From an uncultured Spirochaetota bacterium (GTDB lineage Bacteria; Spirochaetota; Brevinematia; Brevinematales; JAOACQ01), in the NCBI GenBank assembly GCA_963835575.1, contig CAWIGG010000002.1, forward strand, positions 1,632,001 to 1,696,000: a DNA stretch of 64,000 nt. The letters are read 5' to 3'. Below, piece by piece: positions 29,420 through 38,995 of the stretch. Below the pieces are notes generated by a model. That model did not search any database, had not been told where the DNA came from, and saw only the letters and a list, made by a program, of their open reading frames with translations. Within the stretch, counting starts at the first letter, position 1. Each line of letters begins with the position of its first letter. A program made the translations under genes and the position numbers.

Positions 29420-29508
29420 AACACGGTGTGGGCGTTTCATCTCTTCCCCCCCACCCCGTGCAATGGCAAGTGTCGAGTATGAGAACAAGGCTGCGATAAG
29501 AAAAAATA

Positions 29509-29548
29509 AATCCTATAAATCCGTCCTAATCCGTCTGATCCGCGTGAA
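29509..29548 (-). repeat. Periodic repeat arm (inverted relative to 26522-26563)
   Basis: Minus strand CACGCGGAT CAGACGGAT TAGGACGGAT TTATAGGAT. Confidence 0.6.
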
Positions 29549-29586
29549 ATTGGGTCTATTTACAATCCATAATAAAATAAGAAGAG

Positions 29587-30980
29587 GAGTTTTTGTCAAA
29601 TGTTGTGTATGACATACCCTCTCATTTTTTTATGCTGCCTTTTTTACAAGCTCTCCGTTCTCAAAAACAGCGCCTTCCAATACAAGGCAAATCTTTTCAT
29701 AACCTCTTAATTTTCTCCATCGCCTGGATGCCTTATCCAGTAATTTATAGACCATTATTAGAATCGTTTCCCTGGTTCCGCAGCCTCTCATCTTTTTAGT
29801 TCTTAATCGAACTGTAGAGAAGGTAGATTCTATTACGTTTGTCGTACGGATATGTACCCAATGTTCCGCCGGACAGTTATAAAATTCGATCATAAGCTCC
29901 CAATCTTTTTCTAAACATTCGACAGCTGCTGGATATTTAGGATTAAAAACCGCCTGGAATAATTCAAAAGCTTTGATAGCATTATCCTTATCAGGAGCAT
30001 TGCATATCTCATGAAGCATCTCTTTTGCCTTTGACTGTAATACTTTGGGCAGCTTGTTTAGAATGTTCTTTATCTTATGAACCCAGCATCTCTGCCATCT
30101 GGATTCAGGATATACTTCTTTGGCTGCTTTCCAGAATCCAAGGCTTCCGTCTCCGATAAAAAGAATAGGACCTTTCAAACCTTTTTCTTTTAGGTTTCTT
30201 AATATCCCTAACCAAGTCTCGGAATTCTCTCTGTAACCTTCTTCAACAAGAATAATCTCCTTTTCACCATTCTCATTGGCTCCGATCATTACAAGAGTGC
30301 ATAAACGGTCTTCGCTGCCCTGTACATTGAAGTAAATGCCGTCAACCCATATATAGCAATACTTTTTATCGCTTAAATCGGATGTCCGCCACTCATCATA
30401 TTCTTTACCCCATCCTTGTTTCATTCTGCTTATACTTGAGGCTGATAATCCTTTCGCTTCTTCACCAAGCAATCCTCTCAAGGCATTCTCCATATCCATC
30501 TCTGAGACTCCATAGAGATACAACAATGGAATGGCTTCCTCAATTCTCAGGCTTTTTCTCATATACGGCGGTACTATTAGGCTTTGAAAATTGTCGCCTC
30601 CGAGTCGGTTCCTTGTTCTCGGAATACATACATCAATAGCCCCTCCACCAATGAGAATCTGACGGGCTTTATGATACCCATTTCTTACTATTGCCTTTCT
30701 CCCGTCTTCGATAGTTAAATGCTCTCTCCTGAAGAAACCCATTAATTTCATCTTCCAGAGCCTTCTTGATTATTTCCCTGGCCCCGATCCTTGCCAATTC
30801 TTCAAGACATAAAAATTCTACTGTTTCATCTTGATTAAAAGCCTGTAAGAGCTTAAAATCTTCGTTGTGCTTCGGCATATGGCGTATTCCTCCTTTTGTT
30901 TATTGTCGTAAATAAATTATAGAGGGTACGCCATCTTTTTTATAATATTTATTCCTATACACAACTTTCTATTATAACTC
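29587..30980 (-). mobile_element. IS256-family element, copy 2 (inverted)
   Basis: Near-identical to copy 1; 9-bp TSD TAAGAAGAG (29578-86, 30981-89); 2 bp shorter. Confidence 0.95.
29630..30878 (-). pseudogene. IS256 transposase, frameshifted
   Basis: One AG unit missing in the (AG)n run near 30721-30729; split into 69-aa and 373-aa ORFs. Confidence 0.9.
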
Positions 30981-31025
30981 TAAGAAGAGATCTCACTTAC
31001 GTTTCCTTGTATAACAGGGGAAGTC

Positions 31026-31053
31026 CTCCGTGATCTCGGCGTCTCTGTGGCTA
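31026..31053 (-). repeat. Periodic repeat arm overlapping the pyrD stop
   Basis: Minus strand TAGCCACAGAG ACGCCGAG ATCACGGAG. Confidence 0.55.
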
Positions 31054-31929
31054 TCTTTTCGGAAATGGGAATTTTTCCAGCTCTTCCGCTATCTGGACGG
31101 CAATGCCCGGCTCGATAAAATTCATTGTCCCGACGGAAACAAATCCCGCCCCGGCCATCATAAATTCGGCCGCGTCGGCGGTACTGCAGATCCCTCCGCT
31201 CGCTATCACCGGGATTTTTACAGCCGAGGCCGCCCGGTAAACATTATAGAGCGCCATCGGTTTTACAGCAGGCCCTGATAAACCCGCCACAATATTCTTG
31301 AAAATAAACTTCCCTGTTTTCATATCAATTGCCGTTCCCAGGTAAGTATTGGAAACGGTAACGGCATGGCCGCCGTTATCCTCCGCGATTTTCGAGTTGG
31401 CCGGTATATTCTGCATCGGGCTGATTTTTACAGAGAACGGCTTATGACTATCCGCGAGAGATTTTGAAACGCCTTTTACAATCCGATCCACGGCTTTCGG
31501 ATTGGAATCAAAAGTCGCTCCGCCCTCCCTGACGTTCGGGCAGCTGAGGTTCAGCTCGAACATGGCGATCCCTTCTATCCGCGAAAAGGCCTCCGCCATG
31601 ACCGCGAAATCCGCTTCCTCTTCGCCGGCAATACTGAAAATGACATTTGTTTTAAATCCTTTCAGCGTATCTTCTTTTTTCAGATCGTTGAATACTTTCT
31701 CAAAGCCTTCGTTTTCAAGGCCGATGGAATTAAGAAGCCCGCCCGGGGTTTCATAAAGCCGCGGAGGCGGATTCCCCTTCCTGGGCTGCCGCGTGACAGT
31801 CTTGAGCGTAATACCGCCGAGCTTTGAACAGTCCAGAAAATCCGTAAACTCATCACCCATTCCGAATGTGCCGGAAGCGGTAAGAACAGGATTCCTGAAT
31901 GATAAATTTCCTATCATTAATTTATTCAT
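31051..31929 (-). CDS. pyrD: Dihydroorotate dehydrogenase, family 1 catalytic subunit
   Basis: NPVLTASGTFG, GNPPPRL.ET, NSIGLEN, ELNLSCPN, GLSGPAVKP. Confidence 0.93.
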   Translation of the reverse strand: MNKLMIGNLSFRNPVLTASGTFGMGDEFTDFLDCSKLGGITLKTVTRQPRKGNPPPRLYETPGGLLNSIGLENEGFEKVFNDLKKEDTLKGFKTNVIFSIAGEEEADFAVMAEAFSRIEGIAMFELNLSCPNVREGGATFDSNPKAVDRIVKGVSKSLADSHKPFSVKISPMQNIPANSKIAEDNGGHAVTVSNTYLGTAIDMKTGKFIFKNIVAGLSGPAVKPMALYNVYRAASAVKIPVIASGGICSTADAAEFMMAGAGFVSVGTMNFIEPGIAVQIAEELEKFPFPKR

Positions 31930-31932
31930 GGA

Positions 31933-32112
31933 TCAATCACACTCTCCTTCCAGAATACGGGCTATCTTCTCCCGTTTCTTTTTTTCCTCATCGGAAAAAG
32001 CATAATAATTAAATAACAGACAATCGTTCAGCCATTTAAATTTATCCTCATCTATGAGCTTTTTATATTCCAGAATATCCTTTTTGATTTCTTCAATTTC
32101 TTTATTCTTCAT
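31933..32112 (-). CDS. 59-aa charged protein coupled to the nucleotidyltransferase gene
   Basis: MKNKEIEEIKKDILEYKKLIDEDKFKWLNDCLLFNYYAFSDEEKKKREKIARILEGECD; ATGA overlap; below the ORF-track cutoff. Confidence 0.65.
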   Translation of the reverse strand: MKNKEIEEIKKDILEYKKLIDEDKFKWLNDCLLFNYYAFSDEEKKKREKIARILEGECD

Positions 32113-32612
32113 ATGCCTGTGCCTTTTTCTATCTGTTTTACCAGTTCCAGCTTCTTAATATCATCAAAGTCTTTCACTCTTCCGGCTGCTTCCTTCATTT
32201 TAATTAAATCATCAATGGATATTAATGATACATTTATACCGTTTATGATCTTTACAACCCTTTTATTATAAGCTTTATTAAAATTAAGGGGTTGTGATAT
32301 AACGATATCGATTACTTGATAATTTTCCTTTTTATGATAAAATGAAAAAGCTTTCATATTCTTATTATTAATCCAATCTTCTAATGTATTTTTATCGGCC
32401 AGCAATTCGGGTTCCACAGGAAGTTTCGGCACATATCCCATATTTTTCATCAAATTTACAAATTTCAGTATATTATCTTTATCCATGCTTATAATAAAAT
32501 CAATATCATTCGTCATCCTTTGAACATTATGAAGGTTGACAGCAAGGCCCCCGACAATAAGATACTTAATTTTACGTTCTTCCATTGCGCTCAGAACTTC
32601 AAAATAAAACAT
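32109..32612 (-). CDS. Nucleotidyltransferase (DUF6036/AbiEii-like)
   Basis: YLIVGGLAVNLH..QRMTNDIDF, DLIKMKEAAGR.KD..DI. Confidence 0.8.
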   Translation of the reverse strand: MFYFEVLSAMEERKIKYLIVGGLAVNLHNVQRMTNDIDFIISMDKDNILKFVNLMKNMGYVPKLPVEPELLADKNTLEDWINNKNMKAFSFYHKKENYQVIDIVISQPLNFNKAYNKRVVKIINGINVSLISIDDLIKMKEAAGRVKDFDDIKKLELVKQIEKGTGI

Positions 32613-32736
32613 TATTCCGCCCTATTCATTTATCTTTGCGGTCTCTGCGTGAAATAATACTCTGATAGTTAAAGAATATGCTTCAACTCTGTAAAGATAA
32701 TAAATATATAAATTATACTTCAATAATTACTTTTTA

Positions 32737-34059
32737 TCATGATTTTTTCGCTTTATTTTTATACATAAGTTCCAGATTTTTTAAATGCTTTAAATATTCG
32801 ATATCAAAACCGCTTCTATAGAGATAAACCGTATTATTCTGAAAAAGCGGCTCATCGACACCGGTAATGGCCCCTGCCTTTTCAAAATCAGGCGTAAGCG
32901 GGATCGGCGAATAAAAGGACATCATCGGTAGAGCGCCGCTTTGAAAGACCATTTCCATTGTTTTTTCTATGGCGCTGCTGTCCTGGCCCGGAACATTTAC
33001 AAGCGTATAGGCTTTAATGTTTTCCTGTTTGAAACCGGCTTTATAAAGAATTTCAAGTGCTTTCCGGAATTCATTGATGCTTGTTTTATTTCCCTTCCTT
33101 TTCTGGAAGTTCTCATCAGCCGATTCCAGGGAAAGCCGTATATCCTTAAAACCGGCTTTTTTCATTAATACAGCCGTTTCTTCCGTTAAAAACCGGATAT
33201 GAAGGCCGTTGGGAGTATAAAACCGGACGGGAATATTTTCAAGAACAATTTTTTCAAGGATGCGGTTGACATGTTTCTCCGAATGAACCAGCAGGGCATC
33301 GTCATAAAAAGCAAAGTTGGAAACGCCGAATATACGGTTCAACTCAATGATCTTTTTCGAGATAATTTCCGGCGGATATTGAAAGAAAGTATTGAGATAG
33401 CTGTCCGCGCAGTATGTGCATTGGAACACGCATCCCACCGATGTCAGGATCGGAGCATAATAGTATTCGCCCATCAAGTCATAGGCGGGCGCCTTGATCT
33501 CCCTTGAAAATTTAAAGCCTGTTATTTCTTCCAGAATGTCCAGCACCTTATTCAGCCTCTGGTAAGGCATGACAAAATCCGTATTTATACTTCTTTTGGC
33601 ATGTGCTGGAAGAAGCGCAGCGTAAACACCGCCCAAAACAATTTTCGATTCCGGGAAAAAATCTTTAAGCAAATTAACCGTATATGATACACCCGAATAC
33701 CAGTATGTCATGCCGGATGTTACAAAAATAAATTTGGGAGAAAAAGGCACATTTTTTAATTCCTCAAGGAATGCCGCCTCAGCTATTCCATATCGCTTGA
33801 AATACCTGGGTATGTCCTTTAAAAGTGAAGGCGTCTTTATGATGATCCTGGGAAAGTGGCCTGTGCCGTTTTCGTTAAATTTCACCTTTTCATTGGATGG
33901 ATGAATCCTCGAAAGAGCGTTTATAAAATATACTTCAAAATGCTCTCTGATATAAGAGGCCAGTTCCAGAAGGCCGAGCGGCTTGGAAAAATGATCATAC
34001 GCGGCAAAATCCTCGATATAAGGGTTGACTAAAAGAATTCCACTGCGGCTTTTATTCAT
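32737..34059 (-). CDS. B12-binding-domain radical SAM protein
   Basis: LLVNPYIEDFAAYD..KPLGL, MTYWY, LGGVYA, CVFQCTYC, FYDDAL, TPNGLH. Confidence 0.88.
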   Translation of the reverse strand: MNKSRSGILLVNPYIEDFAAYDHFSKPLGLLELASYIREHFEVYFINALSRIHPSNEKVKFNENGTGHFPRIIIKTPSLLKDIPRYFKRYGIAEAAFLEELKNVPFSPKFIFVTSGMTYWYSGVSYTVNLLKDFFPESKIVLGGVYAALLPAHAKRSINTDFVMPYQRLNKVLDILEEITGFKFSREIKAPAYDLMGEYYYAPILTSVGCVFQCTYCADSYLNTFFQYPPEIISKKIIELNRIFGVSNFAFYDDALLVHSEKHVNRILEKIVLENIPVRFYTPNGLHIRFLTEETAVLMKKAGFKDIRLSLESADENFQKRKGNKTSINEFRKALEILYKAGFKQENIKAYTLVNVPGQDSSAIEKTMEMVFQSGALPMMSFYSPIPLTPDFEKAGAITGVDEPLFQNNTVYLYRSGFDIEYLKHLKNLELMYKNKAKKS

Positions 34060-34942
34060 TAAAAACCCGTAAATAATTAAAATTGACGCCTTTTTTTTCC
34101 ACAACAGCCAGTACAATATTATCCTTTATAATTTTATAAAGCCCGTCCCTGATCTCTTTTTCTTTAAAGAAGTCATCTTTTAAGATCCGGCCGTTCAACA
34201 CAAATTCCTTTTGATTCAAAAAGGTTAATTGTTCCAGAGGCAGGGCATCGTTAAGGGATATGATGCATTGTCTGATATTCAAATCGGTTACATCATCCAG
34301 ATCCATGCATTTTTCAAGTGTAATGCCGGAGCTTGAAGATCTGACAAGTTTTTTAATATAACCGCCGCATCCCAGCTTTTTTCCAATGTCCCTGGCCAGA
34401 CTTCTGATATAAGTCCCGGACGAGCAGGAAACTATGATGCTTAATTCCTTTTTTTTCTCTTCATACCGGTCCAGCCGGATATCATATATTTCTACAAGCC
34501 TGGGTTCCATCTCGACAGCAATATTATTACGGGCAAGTTCATAACCCCGCCGGCCGTTGACCCGGAGGGCGGAATAGCGGGGAGGGACCTGATTTATTTT
34601 ACCGATAAATCCCGGCAATACCTGTTCAATATCAGCTAAAGCCACGTCCTTTTCAAATGTCTCTATTACGCTGCCTTCCGCGTCATCGGTATCCGTATTA
34701 GCGCCCAGACTGATAAGAGCGATGTATTCTTTCCGCGACTTGAGCAAAAAATCAAAGGCTTTTGTTGCTTCGCCGAAAAGGATCAATAAAACACCGGCGG
34801 CCAGAAGATCAAGAGTCCCGCCATGGCCTATTTTAACGCTTTTCCAGTCAAACTTTAAGCGCTGTTTCAAAACACGGATGACATCAAAAGAGCTCATACC
34901 TGAAGGTTTATTGACCGGCAATATTCCATTAATTATTTGCAT
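34052..34942 (-). CDS. truB: tRNA pseudouridine(55) synthase
   Basis: NKPSGMSSFDV, KIGHGGTLD, QVPPRYSA, CSSGTYIRSL. Confidence 0.95.
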   Translation of the reverse strand: MQIINGILPVNKPSGMSSFDVIRVLKQRLKFDWKSVKIGHGGTLDLLAAGVLLILFGEATKAFDFLLKSRKEYIALISLGANTDTDDAEGSVIETFEKDVALADIEQVLPGFIGKINQVPPRYSALRVNGRRGYELARNNIAVEMEPRLVEIYDIRLDRYEEKKKELSIIVSCSSGTYIRSLARDIGKKLGCGGYIKKLVRSSSSGITLEKCMDLDDVTDLNIRQCIISLNDALPLEQLTFLNQKEFVLNGRILKDDFFKEKEIRDGLYKIIKDNIVLAVVEKKGVNFNYLRVFNE

Positions 34943-35025
34943 AAATAATCCAACATATATTATATATTGACAAAAAAATAAAATAAACGAATCATGGAGA
35001 AGTTCGGAAAAAAAGTTATAATTAT

Positions 35026-35069
35026 TATAGAGCAGTTTCAATAACTATAGTTTTTAGAACTGCTCTATA
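35026..35069. repeat. Short palindromic MITE-like element (GCAGTT family) flanked by TATA
   Basis: TATA-GAGCAGTTTCAATAAC-TATA-GTTTTTAGAACTGCTC-TATA. Confidence 0.55.
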
Positions 35070-35095
35070 ATCTGTTTATATTGAGAGAGTAATGA

Positions 35096-35740
35096 ATGAA
35101 AATAATAATTCTTGTCTGTATGCCGGTTTTTTTCTGCTTTTCCGCTCTTGCTTCCTTCGACTTTGTCATTTTAAAATATAAAAGCGGCGATTATTATAAT
35201 GCGAGAGCCGGGGTCGGAAATTTTCTGATTGAGCTTAAAAAAAGGACAACAATCGATGTGAATGAAACCCCTATCGAGCTATCTTTAGAAGATGAAAACC
35301 TTTTTAATTATTATTTTCTTTTCCTCAACGGTCATGTTCCCATTCAGTTTTCTGAAAAAGAAAAGCTCCTTCTCAGGCGGTTTGTTCTGAATGGCGGATT
35401 CCTTTTCGCTAATGATGATTACGGCATGGATGAATCATTCAGAAAAGTAATTAAAGAAGTTTTTCCCGATTATAATCTGATTGAAATCGATTTTAATCAC
35501 CCGGTTTATCACATCTTTTATAATTTTAATCAGGGACTCCCGAAAATTCATGAACATTACGAAGGCGCTCCCAGGGCATATGGAATATTTATTAACGGAC
35601 GCCTGGCTGTTTTTTACGATTATAATTCAGATATTGCCGACGGATGGGACTCTCCGGAAGTTCATAATGACCCGCCGGAAAAAAGAGAGGCGGCTTTTAA
35701 GATGGGAATTAATATTGTTATTTACTCGCTCAGCGACTGA
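35096..35740 (+). CDS. DUF4159 family protein
   Basis: GGFLFANDDYGMD, HPVYH..Y, GLPKIHEH, DIADGW, AFKMGINI. Confidence 0.8.
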   Translation: MKIIILVCMPVFFCFSALASFDFVILKYKSGDYYNARAGVGNFLIELKKRTTIDVNETPIELSLEDENLFNYYFLFLNGHVPIQFSEKEKLLLRRFVLNGGFLFANDDYGMDESFRKVIKEVFPDYNLIEIDFNHPVYHIFYNFNQGLPKIHEHYEGAPRAYGIFINGRLAVFYDYNSDIADGWDSPEVHNDPPEKREAAFKMGINIVIYSLSD

Positions 35741-35748
35741 TAATTATA

Positions 35749-36327
35749 TCAGAGATTATAGCCGATAAGCGCAGCGGCGTTAAATCCGAGTTCCGCTGTA
35801 TACCAGCTTTTGATTACACCGCCCTCAACTATAATTGAAAATAATGATTTTCTAAAAAACTCCACTCCTATCCGGGGCGAAAACATTACACCGGACATCT
35901 GCAAATTAGAAGTGTCTAAAATGTTATTGGCAGGATAAAGCCAGCGGGCCGCAATATAAACGGAAAAATTAGGATCTAATTGCATATCGAGCATAAACGC
36001 AATAGAAGCGTTCCAGGCGTCCGCAACATAGCCGACGGCCAGATCATACGATCCATAAAAAGGAGGAATGATAAAAAGTGTTAATTTAGCATCACCCATT
36101 AATCCGGATTTAAAAACCCTTACTCCAATTTCGCTATTGCCCGGAATTCCATAACGCAATCCCAGTGTAAACATATTATAAATATCATTACTGGCTGTAT
36201 AAATATCTGAGGCCATGTAAATACTTGTTTTAAAAGCATCATTACAGACAGGACTTGTAGCTAAAGGGGCAGAAAATAAAGTTGAAAATGAACAGAATAA
36301 AAAAAAGAAACAGACTGTTTTTTTCAT
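35749..36327 (-). CDS. Exported hypothetical protein, possibly an outer-membrane beta-barrel
   Basis: Signal peptide; alternating beta-strand pattern, C-terminal IGYNL. Confidence 0.5.
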   Translation of the reverse strand: MKKTVCFFFLFCSFSTLFSAPLATSPVCNDAFKTSIYMASDIYTASNDIYNMFTLGLRYGIPGNSEIGVRVFKSGLMGDAKLTLFIIPPFYGSYDLAVGYVADAWNASIAFMLDMQLDPNFSVYIAARWLYPANNILDTSNLQMSGVMFSPRIGVEFFRKSLFSIIVEGGVIKSWYTAELGFNAAALIGYNL

Positions 36328-36329
36328 TA

Positions 36330-37049
36330 TCAGTATTCCACCATTTTATATCCCACGCCGAAAACAGTTTTGATATATTTCGGTTTTCTTCCTAAATCAA
36401 GAATTTTTTTCCTGATGGATACAATATTTGTGTCTATGACTCTTTCGGTGACATAAACGCCGTCGCCCCAGATTTCCTTCATCATCGTATCCCTTGAAAC
36501 TACTTTGCCGCGGTTTTTATAAAGAAGCCTGATTATCCCGAGTTCTTTTGGAGTAAGAGGTTCTTCTTTATTATCATTTTTTACAACCATCTTATCCAGA
36601 AATATCAATGATTCACCTATTTTTATTGTGACCGGTTCGTAACCGTTCAGGATCCCGATATTCGCCAGTGATCCTGCCTTCAATATATTAATTTTACGCA
36701 GCTGCGCTCTAAGCCTTGCCAGAAGTTCCATCATGGAAAACGGCTTTGTCAGATAATCATCCGCTCCCAGATTCAATCCGAATACTTTATCTTCTTCCTT
36801 TACCCGGTCCGAAATAATAATAACAGGTGCTATTTTATTTATTTTACGGAAACTTTTAATTAATTCGATACCGTTGAAATCTGAATAAAATATATCTATC
36901 AGCACAGCATCAAAAGCCTCATTTAATGTTCTGATACGGGCATCCTTCTCATTTAAAGAAATAAACGCTTCAAATCCCTCAAATTCAAGGCTGTCTTTTA
37001 TAGATGTGGCTAAATTCTTATCGCTTTCGATTATTAATATTCTCTGCAT
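36330..37049 (-). CDS. OmpR-family response regulator
   Basis: Receiver (VLIDI, GADDYLTKPFS) and winged helix (LTPKE, IKTVFGVGY). Confidence 0.92.
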   Translation of the reverse strand: MQRILIIESDKNLATSIKDSLEFEGFEAFISLNEKDARIRTLNEAFDAVLIDIFYSDFNGIELIKSFRKINKIAPVIIISDRVKEEDKVFGLNLGADDYLTKPFSMMELLARLRAQLRKINILKAGSLANIGILNGYEPVTIKIGESLIFLDKMVVKNDNKEEPLTPKELGIIRLLYKNRGKVVSRDTMMKEIWGDGVYVTERVIDTNIVSIRKKILDLGRKPKYIKTVFGVGYKMVEY

Positions 37050-37160
37050 AAAGTCCTCCTTTATTAAGCACCATTCTCATATAAATAATAATCATTTTTT
37101 AATAAAAAAACAAGATCTCGCCGATACGATAAGAGATTTTTTCTGAAATGCCCCTTTAAT

Positions 37161-37212
37161 AAAAAAACGGGAAGGTACCGGATATACTCCTCTTTAATAT
37201 CCGGTCCCCTCC
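37161..37212 (-). terminator. Probable terminator downstream of hup
   Basis: ACCGGATAT/ATATCCGGT stem, extended imperfectly, followed by a T run on the minus strand. Confidence 0.55.
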
Positions 37213-37267
37213 TTCATGGTTTTACTTTAATAAGTTTCTTTAGTTGAAAATAAAAGAAAGGATAGAC

Positions 37268-37543
37268 CTATTTTTTGACCTTTTCAGCAAGCTTTTTACC
37301 AACTTTGAATTTCACAACTTTCTTTGCCGCAATATTAATCTTGGCACCGGTTTTAGGATTTCTGCCGATTTTTGCATTTTTTTTCTGAATCTGGAAAGTA
37401 CCCCATCCAACAAACTGAACTGAATCACCTTTTACCAGGGCATCCTGAATTGCAAGTAAAAAAGAATCCACCAGGTCTCCTGCGCGTTTTTTGCTCTCGC
37501 CAACCTTGTTAGCAAAACGAGCGATAAAATCAGCTTTCGTCAT
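37268..37543 (-). CDS. hup: HU DNA-binding protein
   Basis: MTKADFI, VQFVGWGTF, GRNPKTG..I.I.AKKVVKFK.GK. Confidence 0.93.
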   Translation of the reverse strand: MTKADFIARFANKVGESKKRAGDLVDSFLLAIQDALVKGDSVQFVGWGTFQIQKKNAKIGRNPKTGAKINIAAKKVVKFKVGKKLAEKVKK

Positions 37544-37630
37544 ACTTCCTCTCCTTTTTATAAAAATTATATAGTAATTATACACCAGTTAAAAATATAT
37601 TGCTATTTTTATAATATTATTTTTATCTCT

Positions 37631-38956
37631 TTATTTCTTTAACACGCTTTCATCAGTTTTTAACACCGATGGATCGACTTTATTTGCCTGTATCTTATCT
37701 ACCGGTAAATCTTTTGGGGCTTCAGCAGTACTTGCTTTTTCCTGAACGGCCTGTTTAACGTCTTCTTTCGTTGTATCTTTTTTCTCTTCTTTTTTAAATG
37801 TTAACTTGGCTTTTATTTCCGATAATTTTGCTGTTATACTTTCATCTTGAATGACCTGAACAATATACCTTGTATCATCATATTGAAGATTAATTTGAAT
37901 AGGATAGCGGACTATTTCCTTTTTTGCATTAATATAAACATTAACATAAGGCGTTAATGTTTGAGGGAAGCTGTAATCTATCACTTCAGCTATTTCGCCC
38001 GTATTGAGAGTAACAAATGTACCTTTTTTGAATATTTCTCCTTCTGTGAGATGAAAAGGCATTTCTTTTGTAAACGTCTTAGCCAGCCTGGGTGCAAAAT
38101 TGACCCCGCTTTCTTTATTGATCTGTGTTAAAGTATACCAGAACGGTTTCCCGGATTTGCCGTCCCTGGGCGTCGTAATCGTGTCAAAGGTATTTGCAAG
38201 GCTGATGATCTGAGCGCCTTCTCCCATCTGTTCACCCCTCAGCCCGAAAGGATACCCCTTACCGGAAACTTTTTCATGATGCAGCAGAACAATTTTCTGA
38301 ATAATAGATGGATAAGAAGAATATGCCCTGATGATCTCATAACCGAAGACCGGATGTTTTTTCATTATTTCATATTCTTCATCAGTAAGCTTTTCCGTTT
38401 TGGTTAAAATTTCCTTTGGAATAAGTGTTTTTCCAATATCATGGAGAAGTCCTGCTGTTGCAATTACTTTCAGACCTTCCTCAGTATAACTTAGCTTTTT
38501 TGCCAGCATGATAGCAATTATAGACACATTAATAGAGTGTGTATAAGAATAATCATCAAAATCTTTCAAATCCAGAAGATTTAGTACAGAATCATCCTTA
38601 GCTGAGATGTTTTCCACAAAATCAGAAGCCACTTTATCAATTTCCTTTTGAGGAAGGTTTGTTTTGACTTTGGCGGCATTTTCCAATTCCTGAATTGTAT
38701 TCACAGCTTCATTCATGACTGACTGTTCTACGGCCGGTTTTGTCGTGTCTGTTTTTGGTATAAAAGCAGGCCTGTTATAATAAATTTTCTGAATCCCTTT
38801 TGCCTTCAGGTCATTAATCAATTCAATAGTTAATGGTATATTTGCATCGCTGATCTTATCGCCTTTATCTGTAAAAGCCTCGCCTTTTAAAATGATGCCA
38901 GGATAAAGGAAATTAACTAATAAATGAACCTTTTGATTGGAAGCAGGTTTTTCCAT
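37631..38956 (-). CDS. HD-GYP domain protein
   Basis: YTHSINV, LLHDIGK, HHEKVSGKGYP.GL. Confidence 0.88.
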   Translation of the reverse strand: MEKPASNQKVHLLVNFLYPGIILKGEAFTDKGDKISDANIPLTIELINDLKAKGIQKIYYNRPAFIPKTDTTKPAVEQSVMNEAVNTIQELENAAKVKTNLPQKEIDKVASDFVENISAKDDSVLNLLDLKDFDDYSYTHSINVSIIAIMLAKKLSYTEEGLKVIATAGLLHDIGKTLIPKEILTKTEKLTDEEYEIMKKHPVFGYEIIRAYSSYPSIIQKIVLLHHEKVSGKGYPFGLRGEQMGEGAQIISLANTFDTITTPRDGKSGKPFWYTLTQINKESGVNFAPRLAKTFTKEMPFHLTEGEIFKKGTFVTLNTGEIAEVIDYSFPQTLTPYVNVYINAKKEIVRYPIQINLQYDDTRYIVQVIQDESITAKLSEIKAKLTFKKEEKKDTTKEDVKQAVQEKASTAEAPKDLPVDKIQANKVDPSVLKTDESVLKK

Positions 38957-38995
38957 TCTTCTGCCTCATTTCTTTTTAATAAAATTACAGATATA

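Noticed and set aside
26651..30989. IS256 pair having arrived as one composite transposon
   Set aside because: Each copy has its own distinct TSD, so they inserted independently
22855..32654. CRISPR array
   Set aside because: Repeats are short degenerate tandem units without unique spacers; no cas genes
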